Part shown: piece by piece, positions 1 to 14,589 of the stretch
Layout of the letters: every line of letters starts with the position of its first letter
Position numbering within the stretch: the stretch's first letter is position 1
Assembly (NCBI GenBank): GCA_028023455.1
Contig: JAQFVV010000010.1
Location: forward strand, 15,500,001 to 15,564,000
Reading direction: 5' to 3'
DNA from: Epiperipatus broadwayi
Lineage: Eukaryota; Animalia; Onychophora
Length of the DNA stretch: 64,000 nucleotides
Notes under the pieces: generated by a model
Told to the model about the DNA's origin: nothing
What the model saw: only the letters and a program-made list of their open reading frames with translations
Database searches by the model: none
Translations under genes and position numbers: made by a program

Positions 1-594
1 TAAAAATTACAGTTAGTTAAAAGTATTTTAACAATTCAAAGTTTTTATGCTGAAGTAATCGCAATTTAAAATTATCTAGTTTTCATAATTAATGATTGTT
101 TGATCACATTTTTCCAAAAATATTTTTGTATCCCATTGTGCCATAAACGTATTAATATTTCTGATATATTGAAGGTAACACATTATGAAGTATAATATTT
201 AACCACTTAGTGTGTTTGATTTGAAAATATATGTTCAGCGAATGTAGATGCAATTGTGTTAGCATTATGTTAATGCTGTAAACGAAATAGAAAACGGCAG
301 CACCTTCAGTGAAAAATAAAAACTTGCATAGAGCCACAAACATGATTTATATAGTCATACGTTACCATATTGAATTTCAAAAAGCAATTATGACTATTCT
401 GGTTAAAAGTAATCTAATCATCCTCCTTAACCCCTCCCCCCCTCTCATTATCCCATAACAATGCTTAAATAATTGCTTTATGTAAATTTTCTTTTTTCAT
501 TGTTTTTTTTGTAAAGTCTGTTGTCAATATATATAATTAAAAAATTGTTAGCTTTGACACATGTATCTTATTAATGTTTTCAATCTCATTTCAG

Positions 595-706
595 AAATTC
601 TTGATGTAGAGGATCCTAATTCTGCTGTAGATTTACCTTACATCCTGCATGTATTATCAAATGAAGAAATTGTGGGTTTACCTCCAGGGGGTGGTCTAAG
701 TGCCAA
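595..706 (+). CDS. PPM1A/PPM1B: Internal exon of a PP2C-family phosphatase (PPM1A/PPM1B-like), C-terminal domain
   Basis: tttcag acceptor at 589-594 and gtaagt donor at 707; translates (E)ILDVEDPNSAVDLPYILHVLSNEEIVGLPPGGGLSA(K), matching the PPM1A C-terminal motif [28 protein letters not shown] as I recall it. Confidence 0.93.
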
Positions 707-941
707 GTAAGTTTTGAATTTCAAAGGTATTCATTTAGAAATAATTAATTCTTTTTTAATATATGAGAGCATTTTTCTATTAACACAACTACATTTTATA
801 AAGTTATACTAAAAAGATCTTTTTGCACTTTAGTCTAAAGTGATAATATATGATATTTTAATTAATACGCAATGTAACTGAATATTATACAACAAAAGCT
901 TATAAAGTGAATACATATAATAAATAACAAACACCAGAATT

Positions 942-972
942 TCACATGATCACCATTTCCTATGCTTACTCA
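942..972 (-). repeat. Solo 'tail' of HHR fold-back family 1
   Basis: tcacatgatcaccatttcctatgcttactca matches the tail at 28435-28475, 53252-53300 and 54695-54730. Confidence 0.75.
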
Positions 973-3843
973 TCTTTGTCTTGTAAGGTTTAATATTCTA
1001 TATAAATGCAGAATTTAAAAAGTAATTAATGTTGATTTCAAAATTATAATAATTTTGAAGTGAACTTAGAATAAAAAATTATGGAAATCTAAGTGCTAAA
1101 CATGGAATTGCTAAATATCTGGTAGTGAAAATATTGTGCATATTTTATAAATGTTCTGCTTATACTATAATAATTTTAACCATAAGCCATAAAAATAGAA
1201 TTTGATAGTTGATTAATGTTGATGTCAGAAAAATGTGTAAACATTAAATTGACAAATATCATTGGCTACTGACTGACATAACAACTATGTTCCTAAGACT
1301 TTTCAGTGTTTCAATTTTGAGTAAATAAGTAGACATCTTTGTTATATTTTATGAGCTTATTATTGTTTATTATTTTGTTTGTCTTTACTAGGTTTTTTTT
1401 TTAATTATTCTCATATGCATACATACATTAATTTTATATCTTGAGTCAGAGAAATAGTTAAAACATTAATCAATATTGAAATGAAATAAAAAATCATTTC
1501 TAAAAATAGAAAGTAGTAAAATGATCGGCAGTTTAAATTCTGAATGTAATATGACTAAATCAATTATCTAAATTATTTAGTAAAATAAGGGGCCAGATTT
1601 TTGGATTGAACAACATCACAGAACAATCGGAATCTTTTACTAGTATGGACTAATCTTTTGCTCAATTATTTCGCAGGCTGTATCATATCCTATTTGCTAT
1701 TAATGATTGGAATAAGTTTTCAATTTCTAGCAGTAAAAATTTTAATTAAAAAATGAGTTTTCTATCTAGAGTATCGTCATCCGATAAAAATTACTAAGAC
1801 AGAGCCTAGTCACATTGAACAGAGTTGAAAGGACTAGCATACTTTTGCTATATCGCTTTTTGCTTAAAATGTGGAAATAAGTTTGTATATCTTTTTATTA
1901 TTTATGTTTTAGAACTTTATTCAATCTTCATTTCTAAATACATAAGTAAATCTTATATTTTGATTTTATTGAATTTTTGCAACTTTTTACAACAAATTAC
2001 TCAAAGAAAAACTTTATTGATGTCAGAGTCTAAAGAAAATAAAAATGCCTTGAAAGTAATTTCACAAATATTTTATAAGTTCAGTTTTAATTTTTGAAGT
2101 TACGCTTTAACGAAATATAGTTAAAAAGTTATTAAATTTTGCAATAATTATTATTTGTTTCTAAAAAATTTTTACAGCCTCCAGGTTAAAACAAAGACTT
2201 TTCCTATAGATAATTTGCATCTATTTATTTTTATTTGTTTATTTGCAAAGTTGTTATTTTATTTTTTTAGAATTTGAAAAGTGTAAAAATTGGAGACTGA
2301 AAATAGAAAATAAGACTATTTGTTTGAACAACACAATCAAGAAAAAATCTGAAAATTAAATATACAGATTAATTTGTTGATGTAATATACTTTATATGAG
2401 AGGTTAACCAAATACAAATGGCAAGTGATAAGTGTCAATGAGATGATCATTTGTGATGAAATGGCCAAGCAATTATTTGAAGAATTTTTTAAAATTTCTA
2501 GTATTATGTACTGTTTCTGCAAGGGAATTTATTACCTACAAAGTATAGTTCTCTGTATTCACATAGATAAGATAACTTATCTTGAGAATTTATGAAGAGA
2601 ATACTTTTCATGCAAATGATTTGTGAATTTTTATTAGAATTTCCGTTTTTATTATATCCTTTTAAAATTTGAAATAGTTTTCATTATAATCTAATTGTAT
2701 AGTATGTATGCATATCAATTTTATATATATTTCTACATTTACATTTGTGACTTTGTAATAATTTTCCTACCTAAATGTTTGTTTTGAATAGTAACTTTGC
2801 TTTTGTCCATAAACGTGGGATATATTATCCCTAAATACATGTATTTTATTGTAAGGTACCATGAATGCATGATATAATGAATGTTTTTCTAGAATCAATT
2901 AATTTGTTTTATCATACCTTATTGTATTATAAAAGAATTTTTTAAATAGTAACAACAATCAACAATAAAAAGAACAAATAAAATTTAATATCTACATTAG
3001 ATAAATATAAATAAAAATCATATTATTTATTATTGCAGCTAAAATACAATAAATGTTCATTAATATTAAAAAGGAAACGAACTTCATTTTTTAAAATAGT
3101 TTGAATTAAAAAAAAAAAACTTTTTGCAATTTGTCATAAACACAAAGAACTTCATATGTAGAAATTTTATTATATATTTAAATATCTTTAATATTAAACT
3201 TTATCCAAATCACTGAAAAAGTGAACATAGGATTGAGATATCTGAAATTACAGTATTATCATTACTTTGTGGTCAAACTGATTGAGGAATGTAATAAGTT
3301 GTTGGGGTTTTTTTTGTTTATGTTATAATATTAATATATTTGCACAAAATAATTATCAGGATATTAAAAAAATGTGAAATTTTTATCTACTGATGATAAT
3401 AGTATACTAGAACATAAAATAATGTAATATCTTTTTCTTTATAGAGAAAAAAATAAAAAAATATTCAGATTCTACTGAGATATAGAAAGGAAAAAGAGTT
3501 CATGGAAATAATAGGATCTCTGAACTATGTTTTTATGTCTTCAAGAAGTATAACTATTCTTTCTTAACTACTCTTTTTTAACAGTAGTAAAGTCCACGGA
3601 TGATTTAGTATTATATGGTTTTTATCTCTTCCTACTTCATGTTTTTTTCTTAATGGATTTGGTTGAGGAGTGAAGATATTTATGATATTATTGGTGTATT
3701 TTTGCCTAATGATACTTTGTCATGCAAACTAAATTACTGACCAAATTTTATGAGTTTCTATTTTTATATTCGATGCATGTTTTTAGAAGTGGAAATCAAT
3801 AATATAAAAGAATTTAAAATGTTTGCTCTAATCCTGCTCTAGC

Positions 3844-4325
3844 TGTATATCCAGAGAGCCATTTTATATACATATATAGATTAATAAAAAATTGAGATTT
3901 AGTTTTGTATGTATTAAAAAAACAATAGAATTAAAGATGTTCATGTAGTTAAATAATAAAGGAATGTAAAATTAAATCAGAACTGTGAAGAAAGTATCTA
4001 ATTAAGATTATAAATAAACAAATAATTAAATATGCAATTAATAATGAAAGCAAAGATAATGCATTCTAAACTTAATCCTAGGTGACTGATATTTTTAATT
4101 AATAAATAAAGTTTTAAAACTAATTGAATCCTAGGATTGCTTGATTATTATTTCTCACTTAGCATAAGTTATAATGTTATGTCCATATAATAAAATTAAT
4201 ATTATCACATTAATATAGAAATAGGGGCACACAAATGCTACCAATAGCTGCGAAGTGAAGTCAGTTGATACTAGACCACTGGAGGTGATACAGATATTAA
4301 ATAAGGTATGACAGAGCATACAGAG
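3844..4325 (+). repeat. Putative 5' LTR; its counterpart is split into 7733-8010 and 8765-8958
   Basis: 3844-4110 aligns by eye with 7733-8010, and 4135-4325 with 8765-8958. Confidence 0.65.
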
Positions 4326-4599
4326 CCTCAAAAAGCTAGAAAATGGATAGAGAAAACAAAATGTTAGGCTAAACAAGCATAGCTGAATTTGATGATGACA
4401 CAAAGCAAATAACTGGCCAACTTATTTACAAAAGATAAAAAAGGGTTTTATTGTAAATGATGTTAATATGTTTAAATGTCTTGCTACAAAAGAATCTTGA
4501 ATTAAGAAATAAATTAAGCAACCTGAAAACTCCAGGAGAATTAGCTTACTTAAAAAAGAAATTAAACAAGTATTGCAACTGTGTCTTTAGAAAAATTGT

Positions 4600-4691
4600 A
4601 AACCTTATTTAAATTTTCCAATTACTTTCAACTGTTAGTAAGTGTGTTGTTAATAACAGTTGAAAGTAATTGGAAAATTTAAATAAAGTTT
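4600..4691. repeat. Short near-perfect hairpin (41-bp arms, 10-nt loop) inside the Gypsy gag region
   Basis: 4600-4640 is the reverse complement of 4651-4691 with 2 mismatches. Confidence 0.9.
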
Positions 4692-7600
4692 AATTTTTTT
4701 TAAAATACATTGAATATTTATTTAATGTTAGATGATAGAAATAGTCTAACATATAATTACAAATATTTTATTCCTACCACATCATATATTGCAAGATTGC
4801 ATTTTCATATCATCCAAGAGATAAAAAATCAAAGAATATTACCTAGTGAAATCATGTGCATATGAATCCTTTTAGAAGATATTGGAACTATTATTATAGA
4901 GTATATCAAAGGAAAAACTTCACCGACACTTATTAGCAATTGAAGAATTGATATATGAAGAAGCATTTTGGAAAAGAATTGCATATGAATTAGTAATTGG
5001 ACAAACTGAAGATTTTCAGGCTGCAAATTGAAAGGGAGAGAAAGATTCAACAAATGCAAGTCATCAAAACAAAATATTAAAACTATAGCACAAATATCTT
5101 CAAAGTTGACCAGTCAAAACAAATAATGATTTCTAGTATATCTACGGCCGAAAAATTGTTACGGAGATTGTTCAGTGGATTATGTTTATCAATCATGTCA
5201 AAAAAAGATTGCGACAGAATTACCAGAAAGAGTATTCTTACTCATTCAATTATAATATCTAAAGATTTAATTAAGGTAACAATAGACAATATAAGAAATG
5301 ATAAAAGTAGATATCAGTTTAAATATAAAATAAGTGTTGCACATTGTTAAAAACATTAATTTTATTTATTATAGGCTAAACTGGTTCAAGCCTTGGAGCT
5401 TAGTCAAAAATGTGAAAATTGCCAAATATATAGAAAATTTGCATATCTTTTTTAATTCAGATTATGGACAATAAACATCCTTCTGTTGTGGATCTATAAA
5501 TAAAGGAGGATGCCAAATCAATAACTTTTAAACCCAGAAGCCTTTCTTTCGCAATGGAGAAAAAGTACAAAATGGTCTATGGGAAATGGTTAAGTGTGAT
5601 AATGCATTTCAATATAACTAGTTACCTTTCTGAATAATAATTATTCCAAACATTTTTCAAGCAAAAATTGATTCATTTTTAAGAGACATAAAAGGTGTAA
5701 TATCCTACTTGGGCGATATTTTTAATAATAACCACTACAGAAGCAGAATTTGAGCAGCAATTAGTTAGAATATGTACAAATTTAGAGAAACACATGAAAT
5801 TAAATTTCTAGATCATGTTATTACTGAAAGGGGGGGGGGGGAATCTTAAAAAAAAAATTAAGAGCTATGAAAGAGCCCCTATGTCTTATTTAGTAGAGTT
5901 TCAAACTTTTTTAGACCTTGTTAACTTTTTTGAAAGTTTTCTTTAAGGGAAAACTTATGTAAAAGTAAGACAACTCCTCTATGACTTGCTTATAAAAAAT
6001 CAAAAAAAAAAAATGGTCAGGTAAAATGCAAGAAGAGCTTTTAAACATACCAAGTCATTACTCACATCAATCTATTATAATGAAATGTTAGAGGTAATGC
6101 TAACTGCAGATGTCTCTGAATAGGGAATGAGTGAAATAATAAGAGGGGAATAAATCAATTGCATGTGTATTGCGAGCATTATCCAAATTCTAAAAGAATT
6201 TAATTACCTGGACAAAGAAGCTCTGGCGATCATTATCTGCATAAAAAAATGTCCCCATACCTGTACAATAGACCTTTTAAGCTAATTACCGACAATAAAC
6301 CTCTCCGGGATAAATAATCTCTCGTTAAATTACCTTGGAGCTGCATATTCTCCACATATGATTATGAACTAAATAAGGCAGAAAAAAAACCCCTCATTGA
6401 TGCGCTATCACATTTACACAACAAAATGGAAATGTTCTGAGATTTAACAAACATAAACTATATTAATACTTTTAAATCAGATATACTTACTAATAAGGCC
6501 ATTGCCAATTGGACTAGACAAAATAAAAATAATATATTTTTTATTAATTGGATAAGCAATGGATAGCCAGCAAAAATGGGCTACTATTTTTACATCAAGC
6601 ATTCTGGGATCAAAATACTATATTCTTCATGGAGACCACATAATCATTTCAATGGCAGGCAAAAAAATGACCTTGAACTTATACATAATAAGTAATCCCA
6701 GAATAATCGGAGCTAAAGCTTTAGCCTGGAAACTTATATGGTAATGTAATATAATCACGGATATGGAAAACTACACAAAAAAAATGTGATGCAGATCAAA
6801 GAAAGGTGAATGAAACAGCATTTAAAAAATTTATATTATAGCCAGAGGCAAAAAACATGCAGAAAATGCATGTGACCACATTTGGGACGATTGATTCTAG
6901 TAATTGTAGATTCATATTCAAAGTTGATCGATTACTATTTGACAAAAAAACACAAGCTCTAAGAAAGCATTAATAGGATTCAGATATCCTCATATGTTAT
7001 TCTGGAATTATTAATCTTAGACAGTGAGACTGCCTTCACTTCAGAAAAGTTTGAAGAAACAATACTGCATATTAACTCTTAATCTAATGGTCTGGCTGAG
7101 AGAATGGTGCAATAATTAAAACTGTTAAACAAAAACTGCATAAGTGATATACATGAGGTTCTGTATTCAGCATTCTTCATACGATGATTTCAATAGCGAC
7201 TGGCAAACCTTCTGCAGAAGATGTTAAATGTAAATCAGATAATAATTGTAAAATTAAATAGATGAGCTTAAGAGAAGCAAGAAAAAAGTATAGTAATGCA
7301 AATTGCAAATTTAATTATAAAGTAGATGATAAAGTGTGGATTTGAGACAATAAATAAAAAAGTCTGGATAAAAGATAGGGAAAAAGTTGCTATTCTGTCG
7401 AAGAATATTATGTGATTAAAAGCTAAAGTTGGGAATAAATATCAAAGACATCTAAATCATTTCTCACATGATATTAGACAAAATTCAAAATAATACAAGT
7501 GAAGCAGACAAAATGATAATACTAATTTTCCTTGAAGTGGAAAATCCAAATAGAGAAATGGGAAGTAACAGAAGCAATCAAAGAATTGGAAGCCAATGAT

Positions 7601-8959
7601 CATAGACATTCTGAAAGCCCAGAAATGAACCATCTGCAATACTGCCAAACTAAACAACTACTGAACTACCTTAAGAAATATCAATGCTAAATATATCAGT
7701 TATTCCATACTTTTGGAAAAGTAGGTAGTAATTTATGTCCAGAGTGTTATTTTATGTGTATATATAGATTAATAAAAAATTGATATTTAGGTTTTGTCTG
7801 TATTGGGGGAAGGGGATGAAATTGTTCATATAATTAGATAATAAAGGAATTTAGAATTAAGTCACGACCAAAAAGAATGTAACTAATTAAGGTTGTAAAT
7901 AAAAAAATAATTGAAGATGTAATTAGTGATGAAACTAAAGGAAATGCAAATCAAGCTTAATCCTAGATAAGGGTCGGTATATTTAATTAATAAATAAAGT
8001 TTTATTATTTTCTCTAGCATAGCCAAAAAGATAAACTAATTAATGTCCCCAGAAATCTAGGACAGGACATTTTCAGAGAGATGAGACATTATGGTTCCAG
8101 GAGTCTGGCTATAAGTAAAAATACAAATGCAAAGTATCTTTGTAATTATCCTACAATGTCTTCATGTGGTATATATTTCTGCTTTCAATTTTCAGTTGCC
8201 TTAATTTCATATTAATTTTTAAATTGAACAAGTGTCCCTTTCAGTATCTTCCTAAATATATATCTGTTTTGCAAAAATTAAATCAGTTTGAATTTAGCTC
8301 ACACAATTTAAATTTTATACCCCTTCAGATTTAGCAGTATGCTTCTTTTTAGCATGTTCATGGGTTTTTTTTAATTACTTTTTAAAACAAATATTTTAAA
8401 AATTATTGTGACTAATGGCAACAATAATAAAAAGCAAATTTCATAATCACTGATTACAAGAAAGCAAAATAAATTGAATCCAATTAAGCAGAATTAATTT
8501 GTTTTTTTTTTTATACAAACATTTTAATACTTATTGTAAATAATGCTTATAATAATAAAAACAAATTTAAAATGAAATTCTTATAAATTTAATACTCTTT
8601 AGAAGCGATAATGATATATTGATTTTAGCGTTTATGTGACTAAACTGCATTGCAATCATTGCGAGTAATAAATTTAATGAATTATTCATAAATATCTGCA
8701 CAAACAATTGTATATAATAATTTATTATTGTATATGTTTTCTACATAAGTAAAAGTTGCATCCTCTGATTGCTTCTTTTTTATTTCTCACTTAGTATAAA
8801 TTATATGTCTGTATGATAAAATTAACTCTCATTATCACACTAATGCAGAATCAGGGTTATCCAGTTGTTATCTATAGTTATGGAAAGTTATGACAGTTGA
8901 TACTAGGCTACTTGATATATGATGATACAGAAATTAAATTAGTATGACAGAGCATAACA

Positions 8960-9170
8960 AAGAAGGCTATTATTGGTCAAAAATTAATCGGAATGTTAAA
9001 AATATAGCATTATCATTTTGTATCCATTGTAATTGGCTCAGGAGTGAAACAAATTAAATGGATTATCCAAATGTGTTATGTCCTTAGGTACAGGCTTCAA
9101 ATATCTTGGAAAAATTTATAATCTAATTGGTCCTAATCTTAAACAGATTTGTTTTACTGCAGTTATATGA
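8960..9170 (+). mobile_element. Fragment of an LTR-retrotransposon integrase
   Basis: YYWSKINRNVKNIALSFCIHC (zinc-finger half) followed by a LIGP-like motif. Confidence 0.55.
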
Positions 9171-9802
9171 ATATATAATAATGGCTTAGACATTAGCTTA
9201 TAGAGTAATAAACTGTATATTTACTTTTGGTGTATTCTTTAAATAAATTATCTTTTTTAAAAGAAGCCCAACTTTTTTCTTTCTTAAGAGATTAAATAAA
9301 CGATAAATTAGAACCAAAAAATTATTTAAAATAGTTGTATATTTTCATTTCCTTATAAATAATATTTATATATGAATTTTTTATCAGTATTTTTTTTTAT
9401 ACTTATCTAAATAATCTTTAAAGGCATCACTAAATTTTGAATGTCAAAAAATATATTAATGAGTTCTTCCTTCTTTAAAAATCAATGTAAGTAGCATTTT
9501 TTCATGAAAAACTTTTAAAATATGTTATTAATTTCAGATAAAAGTTGTAAAATATATCAGTACTATCAAATGGGTTGAGTTAGTTTTTTTGTGCTATATA
9601 TAAATTTAATACACTTTGTGTGTAAATATATATTTGTACATGCATACATTTATTCATAAACAATCATGTATTTAGAGCACATTAAAATTGTATTTCACAA
9701 ATGTAACATTATTTAATTACTACTATATTTCTAATATAAATTCATAATTTTAGGAACTATTAAGTATTATAATTTTTTTTTACTTATAAATATTTTAAAT
9801 TA

Positions 9803-9898
9803 GTCTTGCATTGGTGGTCGAGAGGTCAGCGCGACTGCCTTGCACTTGCAGGCAATTGCCCGGGTTGCGGGTTCGCGTCCCGGCCGATGCTATGACAC
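9803..9898 (+). mobile_element. tRNA-derived SINE, copy 1
   Basis: A-box TGGTCGAGAGG, B-box GGTTCGCGTCC; homologous to 27001-27103 and 38837-38936. Confidence 0.8.
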
Positions 9899-10251
9899 TT
9901 AATAAATATTTTAAATTATGATATTTATGAATGGAATGAGAATTATTTGTAGTTGTAAATAATTTATTAATTTTATGAGATAGTATAATTTTATAAATTT
10001 GTAATTGCTTATGCACAATGAACATTTTTGCTTTATAGAAAGTACAGTTTTAATGATTTATTTATATAAAATTAATTAAATATATATTTGTTCTCTTATA
10101 GATAAAAACATTTCTCACTTAATTACTATTATTATGCAAGCAACTCACAAATGGTGGTTTTATATTTTTAAGTAATAGGTTTTGAAAACGTATATTATGT
10201 ACTTTGTTTTTATTATAGTGTTTTTAATTTAATAATTACTTTTGATTTTAG

Positions 10252-10306
10252 GCGTGTTTTTATTGAAAGTGTTTGCAACAAATTAAGACCTAATAAAACT
10301 GACTCA
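10252..10306 (+). CDS. PPM1A/PPM1B: Next exon of the PPM1A/B-like gene
   Basis: ttttag acceptor and gtaagt donor at 10307; phase matches the previous exon (AA|G = Lys); translates (K)RVFIESVCNKLRPNKTDS, matching PPM1A KRNVIEAVYNRLNPYKNDD. Confidence 0.92.
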
Positions 10307-13284
10307 GTAAGTAATACCCCACTTACTTTTGTTTCTTAGTATTAATTTGCCTTGAATTTCTCTTCCAGTTTATTAAGTAAATAGAAATTTTGTTTTACTT
10401 AGTTGCTAATTTTTTTATTGTTTAGTCATAATAATCATTATTTATAAATGATGATTAGAATTACATTTTTTATATATAAAATATGTAATATTCTTGTAAG
10501 ATAAAGTTAGTTACTGTTTGAAATTCCTTTAGTGAAAATAAAATTACTAATTGGCTGTTCCTTTTAAAAAGCAAATCAACGGAAGAAAAAATTTAAAATC
10601 CAGAACATCAAAATGTTGTACTGTAATTATCTTGTAATTTTTTTTTTTTTTTAACAGTTAAACTGTAGCAGTTAAAAATTTTCTGATTTCTTTACGTTGA
10701 GCATACACATTTGTAATATAATTGTATATACAATGTATTTAAAACACCACAAAAAAAAAGAAATTTATAAAAGTTACATTATATATCATTTACTCCCTTT
10801 TTATTTAATAATTTAGTTCTGTACAATAAATAAAAATTTTACAACTTGACAATGTAAATGTTCAACTTTATATTCATTTAATGTTTAAATAACTAATGTT
10901 ATTGCATTTAGAAAATTTTATTTATATTACCAAAAGTAATTTATTGAACTATTGTTATTGCACCTCTTACCCTGCTTATCTCTTGACCTTTATGCGAGAA
11001 TTCACTATAACAATCTTTTTAAAAAAAAATTGGGCAGCCATTTTGTAAGGTTGATGTCATCATAAGATAGTTATTAAAGCTATATCATCCAAAAGCAAAA
11101 TTGCTATTTTCATGCTGAAATTGTACTGTACAGGAGTGCTGTAGACAATATTTTGATTATAAACTTAAAATATGATTAATGGATGTGTAGTAACAGTATT
11201 TTATTTTTCATCCAGCGTCCTTGCAAGACAATCGGTACTTTATCAATGACATATTCAAAGTAAAGATTTTTATTGTTAATTACAAAACCAAAAAAAAAAG
11301 TATTTCAATATCAGTATAATAAATAATCAAAATCACATTTTGATGATTACAACAATCAGGTATATTAATACAATTTACTTTAGTTTAAAAACTGTATACT
11401 GTATTTACTCACTTTTATCGATGAAAATTCTTATGAACGTTACTTGGCTTGTAACAGAAATTATGAGCATAATATTGGAATTTAGTTATCATAATTACGC
11501 AAGTAATAATGAATTTTATAAGTTCAAAAATTACTAAATCTAAATTAAAAATAACACTTGCTCGAGTTTAAAATATTTCATAAATTGTTTCTGAAATAGT
11601 GGAGGATCATATAAAAATATAGAAACAAAAAAAAAGTTGAAAATTTCGTTCAACATAAGACTAAAAATAAAATTTGGTCATATATTATGAATATTTCATT
11701 TTACATTGTCTACAGTGTAATATATTGTGCTAGCTCAGTCAATCAATTTTGGATTAAAATCTTTATAAATGTCAATTTCTATCAAATCATATGCATTTAA
11801 AAAAAATTGAGCATAATTTTATGCAATTAATATGTGATGAAAATGCAATACAAGCAAATTGAAAAAAAAAAAGGTTATCACACTTATTAAAATGTAACAT
11901 AGCATGAGCATATTTGTATATTAACTGCTGCTTATTTAGATCTGCATATTACATATAGTTTTAAAAAAGCTTCAAATAGTGATTATTTTCTTTTTAAATG
12001 TTAGAATTTTTATTTTTTCAAATTAACCATGCCATTACAATTCTGTAATATACATTTCTATGATTTGGCCACACACTGTTAATAAATAAATCTTTATGAT
12101 TACAACAGTGCAGTTAAATGAAATATTATTAAACATTGCTTTTTTAATTCTAAATAATTTTATATAAATAATATAAGGTTGTGAATTTTAAAATGAAACT
12201 TCAGTATGGGCCTTTTTTCACCGCAAAAGTTAGTAGTTTTGCAGAAGAAAATAACTTTTTTTTTCTAATCATACCAGAAATTTTTTTTTTTTTAAATCTA
12301 CAACTAAATACATTTTTAATTGGACTATCTAATCTCAACATGCCTTAAATCAATGAATGAGACCTATTATTAGAGAAAAATCAAAGAAGCAAGTCAACCA
12401 TTCATTTTCAATATTTTTCTCGAGATTACAGGCATCAACACTTGATGTACACCTCCAAAAAAACCATGTCCATTAAAGGATTTAAAAGACAATGATAAGC
12501 CCATAGATTGAGTAACTGATGAGTCAGTAAACTAGATGACAATGAATGCTAAATGGATGGATTATAAGAAAGTGCAACTCTTAAGCTAAGTTTTTTTCTT
12601 TTTATGTACATTCATGCCTGGATGAATATTTTAAGTGCATATCTGCATAATACACATATAGCATAGTTTACACATGCATATATTATACATTAAGCTTTTT
12701 TTTAAACTACTACATATATATGCTAGGTTAAGTCCCAGGAATGAACTAAATTTTTTCTATAGAAAACCATTATAATCCCTTGCTTTTTATACAATGTTCC
12801 TGCTTTGCGATTGGAGACCAATTGTTTATGCTAAGCAAGCTAAAAATGTATTTATGTATGTTTAATGGATTTTTGATTGAAAATTAGGGACCAATTAAAT
12901 TATATTTTCTTTGAAAATATTCTAAAAAAATATATTCTTTTAATAATTATTTTGATTTGGAAATATATTTTAGGAGCACAAATAGAAGCAGAGGCTGTAT
13001 TTGAAGTAAATTTCATTATCAATAAAGCAAGTCATATATAATGTGACATTGTTTTTATAAGCTTGTATTTACAAAAATGTAATAAAGAGAGCGTACCAAT
13101 AGCTCAAACAAGCTCTTAATTGATAAGTAAATTTATATTTATACAAAAGTATATATGCATGTATGTAATTATCAAGTTATAAACAATACTGCTAGAGATA
13201 CTAATTAAAAATATATAAAAATTAATGTTAGTAATAAACCTCCAGCACCAGAATTTAGAAATGTGAAGACAAATCTTTAAAATC

Positions 13285-14133
13285 ACAGAGGGTACCAAAA
13301 ATAACCGGAACCATTCTCTGGTTTGTGCACCTATTGTAGTATATACTTTTTGTAGGAACCATTTTGCATCAATCTGCCAAATGACATTGTGTGAAATTGT
13401 GGTGCCTCAAAAGTGCATTTCGCATATTTGGCGATTATGACTGAAATGTTGGAATAATGTGAAATTCTTTTTTTTTTTTTTTTGTTTACAGAAAACAGTG
13501 AGGAAAATAGTTGTAATGTTTGAAACAGATTACAAGCAAGCTGATCTTGTAAAAAACACAAATATATGAGTGGTTTAATTGAAGTATTAAATTCACAGCG
13601 TCCCTAACAAGCATGGCAAGTGAAGTTCAAAGTCAATACAATGCTGTTTTTGTTGTAACACAAACAGTACTTTTTTCTCAGATTTAGTTCATAATGGTCT
13701 GAAACATTTACATGGTGGTAAAATGTAAAAATTCTGTTTTGTACAAAGGGAAGTATGCAAATTTCATCCCAACAAAGTGTCATCTGTCAAAGCCTTGAGT
13801 GTGAAACACTTTTTAATTTAATTCAGCATGACTCAGTTTATCTATCAGCCATATTCACTTGATGCAATTTTTTTTAATTCTCTCAAATGAAAAAAATGCC
13901 TTAATTTTTTTTTTTTTTTGTGGACTTAGAAGTGGTGGAAAAAAACACTGCAGACTTCAAAAGGCATCACTTTTCAGAGTGTTTCCAGACTGATTTGGAA
14001 AATTAGAAACACATTTAGACAGGTGTATTGCATCAAATGGATAGTAATTTGAAAGAGATTAAATTTATATTACTTAAATATAAATAAATAATTTTTTATT
14101 ATACAATTCCAGTTACTTTTGGGTATCCCCTTA
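13285..14133 (+). mobile_element. Internally deleted mariner (Tc1/mariner) relic
   Basis: Imperfect TIRs (cagagggtaccaaaaataaccggaa versus reverse complement of ttccagttacttttgggtatcccct); N-terminal HTH relic ...TDYKQADL..QIYEWF; QPYS (PYSPDL motif, ~13846-13857); C-terminal RCIASNG..FE. Confidence 0.8.
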
Positions 14134-14589
14134 TGTTTGTTGAGTTTACTTTTAAAATTAGTCTTTAGTAATAGTTTTGATACTTGATATATGGGAAATT
14201 GTCATGGTTAAATATTACATTTAAATAAATGTTATACAAAAGCTAATTATTGATTAAATTCTATCATTATCATTTTTGTGTGCATAGATTCTCTCTTTTA
14301 ATTATCTTGTAATTTTCAGCTTTTTCGGTTATTCAAAATATATATATTTTTGATAATTTCTTCTTCAACCCATTCCAAGTTTATTTCATGTCAACCCAAT
14401 TGCCACTCAAATGCATCGTGATTTGCTTATCTGTAAACTATTTAGTCAGTAAGATTCTTGTTAAAAATGAATAACTAAAAATATACAAGTAATGTATTTT
14501 GAAGATTTTTTTTATTAGTTCATCCCTCATCTTGACTCCTTATCACAACAATCTACCTGTAAAAAAATTAGGCCACCCTCCAATTAGAA

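Larger units (their letters stand above)
3844..8958 (+). mobile_element. Degenerate Ty3/Gypsy LTR retrotransposon in the PPM1 intron
   Basis: gag-like FIVNDV and LKTPGELAY (~4450-4550); RNase H LDKEALAII..C..YLYNRPFKLITDNKPL (~6208-6305) and WSCIFSTYDYEL..DALSHL; integrase VIVDSYSK, DSETAFTSEKFEE and SNGLAERMVQ (7083-7112); many stops and frameshifts. Flanked by diverged direct repeats. Confidence 0.85.

Noticed and set aside
9803-9898. SINE copies as functional tRNA genes
   Set aside because: No complete cloverleaf or acceptor stem; dispersed diverged copies with A-tails and a TSD.
12516-12545. CTGATGAG as a hammerhead core
   Set aside because: No downstream GAAA box or helices.
13492-13569. 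Strong poly-T acceptor giving an in-frame PPM1 tail (KTVRKIVVMFETDYKQADL...)
   Set aside because: The peptide is the N-terminal HTH relic of the mariner element at 13285-14133.
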